Shown piece after piece: positions 7,017-14,651 of a stretch of 32,000 bases of DNA. The DNA is from Candidatus Methanoperedens sp. (GTDB lineage Archaea; Halobacteriota; Methanosarcinia; Methanosarcinales; Methanoperedenaceae): assembly GCA_027460535.1 (NCBI GenBank), contig JAPZAR010000011.1:1-32000 (forward strand), given 5' to 3'. Every line of letters begins with the position of its first letter. Position 1 is the first letter of the stretch. The notes beneath the pieces were generated by a model that saw only the letters and a program-made list of their open reading frames with translations, was not told where the DNA came from and ran no database searches. Position numbers and translations under genes: made by a program.

Positions 7017-7207
7017 CATAAGGCAGAGCCCTTCAAAATTGTTGATTATTCCGACAACAATCCGATTTCTTGAATTTCGACCCTTCCTCCCTTCCACTAT
7101 CCCCGACCTTCACTATCCACGCAGCCACGCGCAACGGCAGCGCCCCCTTCATAGAAAAAGACCAGCGCCGTTTGAATAAGGCATGGATTGTTGTTCGGGG
7201 AACATAT

Positions 7208-7262
7208 GGGCGCCGGGGAATTAATATTTTAAGAGTGATAATTATATGGCGCTTTATACCGC
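7208..7262 (+). promoter_or_regulatory. Promoter-like unit P2 (module R2), copy C, upstream of the second DUF433/DUF5615 pair
   Basis: Sequence is gggcgccggggaATTAATATTTTAAgagtgataattatatgGCGCTTTATACC. Confidence 0.4.
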
Positions 7263-7365
7263 AAGGCACGTAAAGAGGACAAAGCGAAGGTTTCTATCTA
7301 TATCTGTCCACAGTTAGTACCAAGACTTTTATACACAATCAGGATGATTGTATAGATTGATTATC

Positions 7366-7614
7366 ATGCAAAAAGAAATTTTCAAGCGGATCGTATGCGA
7401 TCCCGATATTCTAGGTGGAAAACCTGTTATAAAAGGAACCAGGATATCTGTTGAGCTCCTGTTAGAACTGCTGGCGAACAACTGGACTCATGAAGAGATA
7501 ATGGAAAATTATCCGTATATCAAAAAAGAAGACATCCTAGCAGCTCTAGAGTATTCACTATCGCTCCTGAAGGAAGAGCATATTTACATAATTCCGCAAA
7601 AGGCTATCGCTTGA
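7366..7614 (+). CDS. DUF433 family protein (second copy)
   Basis: Internal ATG of ORF 7348..7614 (MQKEIFKRIVCDPDILGGKPVIKGTRISVELLLELLANNWTHEEIMENYPYIKKEDILAALEY). Its stop overlaps a TTG, as in the first pair. Confidence 0.85.
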   Translation: MQKEIFKRIVCDPDILGGKPVIKGTRISVELLLELLANNWTHEEIMENYPYIKKEDILAALEYSLSLLKEEHIYIIPQKAIA

Positions 7615-7987
7615 ACAATTCACCCACCTTTCTGGCTGATGAGAATATCCCCTTATCCTAATTAAACAACTCCGAAAGGAAGGATGTAAGATAGTATCAG
7701 TTATGGAAGATTTCACAGGCTCAAGCGATGAAAAGTTGTTAGAATTATCTTCAAGAAATAATTGGATAATAATTACATTCGATAAAGATTTTGGAGAATT
7801 GATTTATAAAAAGAAATCTAACAAACCGCATGGGATAATTCTTTTACGAGTAACTCCAAAATCGCTAAAATATATATTGCAACTATTAAAATGGCTTTTA
7901 TTACAAGCAAATATCTCATTTGAAGGATATTTTGTGGTTGTGAACAAAGACAAAGTAAGAGCTATAAAAATGGATGATTTTAAATAA
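7611..7987 (+). pseudogene. DUF5615 family gene with a frameshift near 7650
   Basis: The TTG at 7611 gives (M)NNSPTFLADENIP and stops at 7659-7661. The rest, LILIKQLRKEGCKIVSVMEDF...ITFDKDFGEL, is in the -1 frame relative to the 7611 start (ORF track lists only 7703..7987). The junction is at the C-run atCCCCtta. Confidence 0.7.
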
Positions 7988-8330
7988 TTAAGAGTGATAA
8001 ATGCTCCTCGCTTTACACCGAAAAGTCCTTACGTAACTTTTTAATTCCATGGCATTTGTGATAAACAGGATTGTACAGATGGCACGGGAACGCTAGAATT
8101 TTGATTATCCGTGGAAATCCGTCAAATCCGTGTCATCCGTGCTCATCGTCGCAGTAAATCTGCGTTCATCGGCGTCATGCCCGCTGCAATGCATAGACAC
8201 GTATCAAGGGTTGCGCCCCTTGAGGACGCAGACACGTATTGCGAAGCAATACGTGGATACGCAATCGACTGACGTGACAGTCGACGTGGACACGCCCTCC
8301 AGAGGCGTGACTCTGGGCGCCTTAATCTGA
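7985..8330. repeat. Composite island repeat, part-copy D (partial R2, iteron-like repeats, palindrome cluster, first bases of R1)
   Basis: taattaagagtgataaatgctcctcgctttacacc aligns to R2. 8107-8330 aligns to the clusters in copies B and C. It ends inside the 3' end of the 8322..9287 gene. Confidence 0.8.
8156..8330. repeat. Palindrome cluster, copy D
   Basis: Contains caaggg-ttgcgc-cccttg (8205-8222), cacgtattgc-gaa-gcaatacgtg (8233-8255), tcgactg-acgtga-cagtcga (8265-8284) and cacgcc-ctccaga-ggcgtg (8291-8309). Confidence 0.8.
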
Positions 8331-9287
8331 GGTTTCCTTTTCCATGAGCTGCGCCACTGCGTACGCAGGAAATACCCTGGATATCTTCCTGCCATATTTT
8401 TCTGAGACAAGCACAATATCAAGCCCGAGTTTATGAGCAGCTTTTTCAACCAGGAACTCACCCAGACCACATGCAACTATGAAATTCAAATCACATGTCT
8501 TCCCGACATCATGAATGGCATCTGACATATCCGTAACTTGCTTTTCCATAACCTGTTCAGCCAGTGAATTCAGGTCGTCTTCATCGATCTCTGCAAGGTC
8601 TGCGCAAACCACCCGGGCAAGCCTTCGCTGGGCATCGATCCTTTCCTTCCCCGCGCCGTCAGGTGTATCGCACGTGTAATCTTCCCGGGGTATCAGACCG
8701 AGAACTAGATAAGCATCGGCAGTTATCGCAAATAGCTCTGACGAGATGCGCGAGACTGCGCCACCCAGCTCAACTTTGTCAAGAACAGCAGCGATATTGG
8801 TACGCAGCGCCCCTGTGTAAACAAGCTCGCCCCTTTTCAGGCGCTCAAAGTCCGTTCTTGCTGCAAGAGATTTACCTTTCTTGATCGGGATGATATCAGT
8901 TGTCGTTGAGCCGGTATCCACGAACATACAATCCGTGAATTCTTTTCCGACGATAAGCGCGGATGCCATCCAGTTGGCTGCTGCGATGCTGCGTTTCTTC
9001 TCTTTCGTGAAATGACCATCGCTATCCAGGAACCAGGCATCTTTGAAGGCATTGTTCACTGCATCCATTATATACGACAGTCCGGTTTCCTTGTCCGGAA
9101 AACAATCTGCAAGCTCCCCCGTGATCACCACACCAACTTTTTCGGGTTCCAGCCGCTTTGAAATATCAATGAGAAACTCTGTCAGCCTTGCATTCTTCCA
9201 CAGGGGAAGATAATGTAATTCTGAGGTTTTTCCATCAGCAGAGGCTATCTTGGTGTTGGCGCCCCCGATGTCAATGCCCAGGATCAT
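8322..9287 (-). CDS. ASKHA/hydantoinase-family protein of the 'H4MPT-linked C1 transfer pathway' type
   Basis: ORF track 321 aa. The N-terminal MILGIDIGGANTK is a phosphate-1 motif. Size and context fit the methanogen family as I recall it. Confidence 0.55.
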   Translation of the reverse strand: MILGIDIGGANTKIASADGKTSELHYLPLWKNARLTEFLIDISKRLEPEKVGVVITGELADCFPDKETGLSYIMDAVNNAFKDAWFLDSDGHFTKEKKRSIAAANWMASALIVGKEFTDCMFVDTGSTTTDIIPIKKGKSLAARTDFERLKRGELVYTGALRTNIAAVLDKVELGGAVSRISSELFAITADAYLVLGLIPREDYTCDTPDGAGKERIDAQRRLARVVCADLAEIDEDDLNSLAEQVMEKQVTDMSDAIHDVGKTCDLNFIVACGLGEFLVEKAAHKLGLDIVLVSEKYGRKISRVFPAYAVAQLMEKETSD

Positions 9288-9405
9288 GGATAGGAGTTGT
9301 TTGAGAAGGTTAAAAAGGTTATTGAATTATGGCCTGTTCCGGAATTCATGAAACATCACCAATTGATAATATTTATATCCCAAAACCAGCGAATAACAGA
9401 CGATC

Positions 9406-10146
9406 ATGAAGCTTGAGGAAATAATTCCGATCCTTGAAACCATTGCGCCTCCTGAACTTGCAGAGGATTTTGATGCAGGAAGAATAGGACTTGTGCTTGA
9501 CAGGGGCAACGACATAAGGAAAATAGCCGTCGCACTTGACCCCACGGATCACGCATTAAAAGAAGCTGCGCGCCTTCAAGCCAGCCTTCTCATCACTCAT
9601 CACACGTTGATATTCGATCCTGTAAATACGATCTCAAAGAGATTATCCGATTCTCTTAAAATCGCTATTGATAACGATATTTCCATTTACACCATGCATA
9701 CGAATTATGATAAAGTGGAAGGCGGGGTGAATGATGTGCTTGCAGGACTACTTGGTTTGAAGAATCTCGTTACTCTTCCTCTCGGGCGCGTTGGCGAAAT
9801 CAAGCCTTGCAGTTCGAATGGATTTGCTCACTTTTTATCAAAAAAATTGGATGCTCCTGTTCAGTACGCCGGGGATGGAAAAATAAAAAAGGTCATGGTG
9901 GTCGGAGGAAGCGGGTTCCGGAAGGAATACATTGATTTCGCTCTCGAACACGGCGCGGATGCCCTCGTGTCCGGTGAGCTGCGCCATGATGCGATAAGGT
10001 ATGCCGGGGATTTGTGCCTTTTCGATGCCACCCATTACGCCACCGAAGCGCCCGCCATGAAAAAGCTTTGCGAAAAACTACCTGTACCCTCGTTTTTCAT
10101 TGAGGATAAGCCCATGATAAAGTCAGTAGCTCCAGACAGACTCTAA
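9406..10146 (+). CDS. Nif3-family (DUF34) dinuclear metal-centre protein
   Basis: ORF track 246 aa. Contains ...LITHHTLIF... and ...FDATHYATE, typical Nif3 motifs. Confidence 0.75.
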   Translation: MKLEEIIPILETIAPPELAEDFDAGRIGLVLDRGNDIRKIAVALDPTDHALKEAARLQASLLITHHTLIFDPVNTISKRLSDSLKIAIDNDISIYTMHTNYDKVEGGVNDVLAGLLGLKNLVTLPLGRVGEIKPCSSNGFAHFLSKKLDAPVQYAGDGKIKKVMVVGGSGFRKEYIDFALEHGADALVSGELRHDAIRYAGDLCLFDATHYATEAPAMKKLCEKLPVPSFFIEDKPMIKSVAPDRL

Positions 10147-10173
10147 ACATAGTACCGTTGCTTGACCAGGAGT

Positions 10174-11778
10174 TCACAGTTTCTTTGTCATGTACGGGCC
10201 TTCGCGCTCGTACCCGAACTTCCTGTAATAATCCCTCACTCCGATACCGCTGGTCACGGCTATCTTTTCATATCCGCGGGAACGTGCCCTGCTTTCAGCC
10301 TCGGAAAGTAGCTCTTCCCCATATCCCCTGTGCTGCCACTGGGCATTCTTTGCACCCGCGCCAACCGGGACCATAGATCCGTAAACATGCAGTTCGCGCA
10401 CCAGTGCCGCACCGAGAAGCTCCCGCCTGTGCGGCTCGAACGGGAAACGCAGCCTCACGAACCCGATAAGGATATCCTTCTCTGTATCCTCGAAAGAAAC
10501 AAAGTGTTCTTTTCCCCCGCATGCCTCGTATTCTTCCACGATCAACTCGATGTTCTCAGGCTCCATGCCAGCAAGCATCCGATGCCCCACCTCGCGGCAC
10601 CTGATGCACCGACACCTGCCTCCCATTTGCAGAAGCCGCTCTTGCGCAAGCTGCCTGATATTACTTTTCTTTATCCCGGCAAGCACCTGGTATGCAGGGA
10701 TGTCGCGCTGTATCCTCTGCAGGCGCACCCATTTCGGAAGTATGGATTTGACCTTCGCAAGCAGCTCTACGGCTTCTTCAACTTCAAGCGGCGCATAATT
10801 CCCGAGCTCCCACATCCCGTGAAGCCGTGTTCCTTCTGTCACGAGCGTGGGGTAAATCTTCAGGTAATCCGGTTTGAAGCGCTCATCTTGGAATAATGTC
10901 CTGAACATGCGAAAGTCCGACTCCGGCGTCGAGCCGGGAAGCCCGGGCATCATGTGGAACCCGACCTTCAAGCCGCTATCTCTGAGCCTTTTATTCGCAT
11001 TCGCACTTTCCGCTACTGTATGCCCGCGCTGTATCCCTGCAAGGATAAAATCATACGTGCTCTGAACGCCTATCTCCACCTTTGTCGCACCGAGGTCAAG
11101 TATGGTATCGATGTGCTCTTTTTCAGTCCAATCGGGTCTTGTCTCTATCGTGATCCCCACATTCCTGATCCGCGCGTTTTCATTGGCAGCCTGGGCATCT
11201 TCGATCGAAATATACCTTTTCCCATCCCGCCATTCCTTACCGTAAAAATCATTCATCGCTTCGATGGCGCGCTTCACGAACCATTCCTGATAGCAGAGCG
11301 TTCGCGACGTATATGTCCCTCCCATTACGATCAGTTCCGCTTTTTCGACATTATGCCCTATCTGCAAAAGCTGTTTTAAGCGCGAGGAAACCTGTAAATA
11401 AGGATCAAAATCATTCTCGAACGCGCGCCTCGCTGCGGGTTCCGCTCCCATGTAGCTCTGAGGGGATTGGAATTTCGAGGATGGGCCTCCGGGACATGGA
11501 AGGCACATCCCATGAGGACATGGGGCAGGTGAGGTCATCGCCGCAATTACGGCAACGCCTGAGATGGTCCTCACGGGTTTCAGCTGCAGGAGGGAAAGAA
11601 CATTCTGCTTTTCCTCATCCTCTGCGGCTGCTAGTATTGAAGAATTGCTTAGCAATGCCGAAAGCTTATAACGTTTGCTGATTTCTTTTTTGGCTGCGTT
11701 CAGCTCCTGCTCGTTAGTTATCTCTTTTCGCAATATCTGTTCTATGAGTTCTCTGCATGCAGATTCGATCGCAGTCAT
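10174..11778 (-). CDS. elp3: Elp3-type radical SAM/GNAT tRNA uridine(34) modification enzyme
   Basis: ORF track 534 aa. It has a radical-SAM core, a C-terminal GNAT (QHRGYGEELL) and Elp3-like length and order. Confidence 0.85.
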   Translation of the reverse strand: MTAIESACRELIEQILRKEITNEQELNAAKKEISKRYKLSALLSNSSILAAAEDEEKQNVLSLLQLKPVRTISGVAVIAAMTSPAPCPHGMCLPCPGGPSSKFQSPQSYMGAEPAARRAFENDFDPYLQVSSRLKQLLQIGHNVEKAELIVMGGTYTSRTLCYQEWFVKRAIEAMNDFYGKEWRDGKRYISIEDAQAANENARIRNVGITIETRPDWTEKEHIDTILDLGATKVEIGVQSTYDFILAGIQRGHTVAESANANKRLRDSGLKVGFHMMPGLPGSTPESDFRMFRTLFQDERFKPDYLKIYPTLVTEGTRLHGMWELGNYAPLEVEEAVELLAKVKSILPKWVRLQRIQRDIPAYQVLAGIKKSNIRQLAQERLLQMGGRCRCIRCREVGHRMLAGMEPENIELIVEEYEACGGKEHFVSFEDTEKDILIGFVRLRFPFEPHRRELLGAALVRELHVYGSMVPVGAGAKNAQWQHRGYGEELLSEAESRARSRGYEKIAVTSGIGVRDYYRKFGYEREGPYMTKKL

Positions 11779-11819
11779 TCTGTTCTTCTATTGGCATGCA
11801 GAGTAATTAAGGTTGGGAA

Positions 11820-12011
11820 TTACCAGAATTTCCACCAGGGCTTCTTGCCGGGCATCCCTTTCGGCCCGCCCTTCAGGTATTTCTCGGGTTCTGACTCGAA
11901 CGCTTTCTTGCATCCGGGTGCGCAGAAATAATATGTGGTACCTTTATAATCCATCTTCTGCTGCGCTGTTTTCTCATCCACTGTCATTCCGCAAACCGGG
12001 TCTATTGCCAT
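11820..12011 (-). CDS. YHS/TRASH-domain metal-binding protein
   Basis: MAIDPVCGMTVDEKTA...YYFCAPGCKKAFESEPEKYL matches the YHS domain pattern. Confidence 0.75.
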   Translation of the reverse strand: MAIDPVCGMTVDEKTAQQKMDYKGTTYYFCAPGCKKAFESEPEKYLKGGPKGMPGKKPWWKFW

Positions 12012-12042
12012 AATTTTCCTCCTCTTAATACCGAATCTTTAT

Positions 12043-13236
12043 TTACTCGCAACTGAATAATCCTTTCGCAAAGTTCCTGCCAAACTCCACACATTTTTCA
12101 AGTTCATCCTTGGTTGGCTGCCACTTGAATTTGATGCCTTCCTGAAGAATTTTTATCCTGGATCTCTCAAGGTTCTCCTCAATGAGCTTCACGTTCTCCC
12201 CGCTCCAGCCATAAGTTCCGAATCCTGCGCCCACTTTATTCTTGAACCTCAATCCTTTCAGGTCCTCAAGTATGGGCTTGATGGTGGGCAGAAGACCGTT
12301 ATTCAGCGTGGGTGAACCAATAATGACCCCTTTTGCCTTGAACACTTCTGTTAGCACATCATTGCGGTCGCACACTGCCATATTGAAGAGTTTGTACTTC
12401 ACCCCTTCTTTTTCAAGCCCCTCCCCAATCGCCACTGCCATTTTTTCTGTGCCTTTCCACATGGTATCGTAGATGATCACCACGGACCCGTCATTCTTCC
12501 CTGAGGCCCATTCATAATATTTCTCCACGATCTGCAAAGGATCCTCTCTCCAGATTATTCCATGGCTCGGGGCAATGATATCCACCGGGATGTTGAGTTT
12601 CTTAAACTCGTCAATTTTCTTTATCACAAGATCGCTGAAAGGAGTAAGGATATTGGCATAATATTTTATGGCTTCCTGGTAGACCTCGATCATATCCACC
12701 TCATCATCAAAGCGCGATGACGACGCATAGTGCTGCCCGAAAGCATCATTGGGCATCAGGATATTCTTACCTGTGAGGTACGTGAACATGCTGTCCGGCC
12801 AGTGAAGCATGGGAGCGCTCACGAAAACGAGACTGTTCCTGCCCAGGCTTATCGTATCACCGGTCTTCACTGTCTTGAAATTCCAGTGATAGTGGTAGTG
12901 TTTGTAGACACTTTCCTTTCCCTTCTCTGATACCACTAGCGTGGCATCCGGTATGAGTTTCATCAATTCCGGGAGACCACCAGAGTGGTCGGTCTCTGCA
13001 TGGTTTGCAATAACATAATCGATCTTTTTGATATCGATTATTTTTTCAATGTTCTCTATCAACTCATGCGAATACGGCCCGTACACGGTATCCACGAGGG
13101 CGATCTTTTCATCGATTATCAGGTAAGCATTATATGTAGTGCCCCTGTGGGTCGAATACTCATGACCGTGAAAATTCTTTATGTTCCAGTCCACGACCCC
13201 TACCCAGTACACGCCGTCTTTCAATTCAACTGCCAT
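12043..13236 (-). CDS. fprA: Flavodiiron protein FprA (F420H2 oxidase type): metallo-beta-lactamase-like plus flavodoxin domains
   Basis: ORF track 397 aa. Contains the di-iron ligand motif ANHAETDHSGG and a C-terminal flavodoxin-like domain. Confidence 0.85.
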   Translation of the reverse strand: MAVELKDGVYWVGVVDWNIKNFHGHEYSTHRGTTYNAYLIIDEKIALVDTVYGPYSHELIENIEKIIDIKKIDYVIANHAETDHSGGLPELMKLIPDATLVVSEKGKESVYKHYHYHWNFKTVKTGDTISLGRNSLVFVSAPMLHWPDSMFTYLTGKNILMPNDAFGQHYASSSRFDDEVDMIEVYQEAIKYYANILTPFSDLVIKKIDEFKKLNIPVDIIAPSHGIIWREDPLQIVEKYYEWASGKNDGSVVIIYDTMWKGTEKMAVAIGEGLEKEGVKYKLFNMAVCDRNDVLTEVFKAKGVIIGSPTLNNGLLPTIKPILEDLKGLRFKNKVGAGFGTYGWSGENVKLIEENLERSRIKILQEGIKFKWQPTKDELEKCVEFGRNFAKGLFSCE

Positions 13237-13398
13237 TTTATCACACTCCTAACTTGAAACCATTGTTTGGTTTTGATTCTATTGAACCATACCTAATGTT
13301 CTTTTACAGCCTCAATCGCTTTATCCCTCTCAGGGAGACCGAAAAATAAAATCCTATCCCCGATCATGGTTCACGATGGACTGCCTTTTCGACAAAAC

Positions 13399-13554
13399 TT
13401 ATTCCATGCATTTCACATCCATGGATTTGCATTTCGGGCACCGCACATTTGTGCCTATGCCCTTGAATTTCTTGCTGCAATTGTTGCATTCATATTCATG
13501 CATATCAATACCGCCTTCAATTTCTACTCCAAATGAATCTCCTACGCTGCACAT
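13399..13554 (-). CDS. Small zinc-ribbon (rubredoxin-like?) protein, 51 aa
   Basis: My own translation gives MCSVGDSFGVEIEGGIDMHEYECNNCSKKFKGIGTNVRCPKCKSMDVKCME. A GGAGG sits 6-7 nt upstream. It has a CxxC...CxxC pair. It is too short for the ORF track. Confidence 0.55.
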   Translation of the reverse strand: MCSVGDSFGVEIEGGIDMHEYECNNCSKKFKGIGTNVRCPKCKSMDVKCME

Positions 13555-13564
13555 ATTTACCTCC

Positions 13565-13993
13565 TTATTTCTTGATTCTGCATGCTAACAGTGATCCTAC
13601 CCTTCTGCATAGTTCAAGCTCCTCTTCTCCCGGCATCCTCTTTATTAACAAATCCTGTATCATCTCCATGCCATAAGATGATAATTTTTTGTTTATCTCA
13701 TCTGTGGCCTCGAAGCTCCAGCCGTAAGACCCGAATGCAAGGCCCACTTTACCGGACAGGTCGATACCCGCGAGATCATTTAAGAATTTTAGAACTGTTG
13801 GCATCATGGCATGATTGTAATTTGGAGAACCGATGGCAACGGCATCTGTATCTATTAGGTCGTTCCTGTCCGCCTCGTTCACATTTTTCAACAGGGTCTC
13901 CAAGCCCTCGCCTTTTGCGCCTTCATCTATTGCCACTGCCATCCGCTCGGTATTATGCGATCCAGTACCGTAAATGATCACAAGTTTCGACAT
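13565..13993 (-). CDS. Short-chain flavodoxin
   Basis: Internal ATG of ORF 13565..14014. MSKLVIIYGTGSHNTERMA... is an FMN-binding N-terminal motif. Confidence 0.75.
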   Translation of the reverse strand: MSKLVIIYGTGSHNTERMAVAIDEGAKGEGLETLLKNVNEADRNDLIDTDAVAIGSPNYNHAMMPTVLKFLNDLAGIDLSGKVGLAFGSYGWSFEATDEINKKLSSYGMEMIQDLLIKRMPGEEELELCRRVGSLLACRIKK

Positions 13994-14243
13994 GCTCCCA
14001 CGAAATATAATCATTTTTCATTGTATTTGTACTTTATCCCGTGCAATTTTTCTACTTCATGGCCCTGAACAGCGTATCCGTCACCATCTCAAACGGTTTC
14101 ACAACTATGAAGGCATGCTTCCCGAGATTTTTCCTGAGGGCGAACTGCACCAGCCCTTTCCCTATCTTTCCGGTTGGATACTCGCCTGAAATTTTTTGTG
14201 AAACCGAGGGCAAGGTCTTTTTAGATAGGCAGATGCATATCGC

Positions 14244-14651
14244 TCACAGATATATTTTCGTATACATATGAATGCCAAGAATAAGTGAGATGATCCACAG
14301 CATTAAAGCCAGCCTCATGACCGTCTTTAGATTAATACTGCTTCTCATCCTCCCCGTAAACACCAGGTTTATGTAAATCCACACCAGGATGAGCAATAGA
14401 CCGATTGTATGGTGCGCCAGCATCTCCGCTAAGAACAGGTTTGGCTTTATATTTTCAACATACCCGAGCAGCGAGGGGAGCATTATGAGAGCGATTGCGA
14501 TTATCTGCACAATAACTGCTGCTCTGACTATCATGCAGTGCTTTCCGAGATTCCTTTTCTTCGCAAGAAATACCGCAGCGGATAAAATTATTATCAGCAA
14601 AACCTGGAGAGCCAGGTTTACTAAAGCCTGTGTTCTTATATCGAAAACCAT
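14244..14651 (-). CDS. Integral membrane protein (about 4 TM), unknown function
   Basis: ORF track 135 aa, strongly hydrophobic in four segments. Confidence 0.5.
   Translation of the reverse strand: MVFDIRTQALVNLALQVLLIIILSAAVFLAKKRNLGKHCMIVRAAVIVQIIAIALIMLPSLLGYVENIKPNLFLAEMLAHHTIGLLLILVWIYINLVFTGRMRSSINLKTVMRLALMLWIISLILGIHMYTKIYL

Larger units (their letters stand above)
6335..7300. repeat. Composite island repeat, copy C (wHTH 5' fragment, P1, palindrome cluster, R1, R2/P2)
   Basis: Collinear with copies A and B. Confidence 0.85.

Noticed and set aside
8101-8144. Replication-origin (ORB/mini-ORB) interpretation of tccgtggaaatccgt / tccgttgaaatccgt.
   Set aside because: The resemblance to ORB cores (..tccagtggaaa..) is loose and varies between copies. 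There is no cdc6/orc1 gene or AT-rich unwinding element nearby, and the motif is part of a multi-copy repeat.
5068-8330. CRISPR array hypothesis for the repeated hairpins and the ATCCGTG repeats.
   Set aside because: There is no constant repeat/spacer periodicity. The hairpin units differ in sequence and abut each other. The tandem units are only 9-10 bp. No cas genes are in the window.
957-8330. Integron hypothesis, with the composite repeats acting as attC sites.
   Set aside because: I could not find the R''/R' cores (RYYYAAC ... GTTRRRY) in the required inverted arrangement. The repeats are several hundred bp long with internal promoters, and no IntI-like integrase is in the window. Only the general array-of-cassettes analogy is kept.
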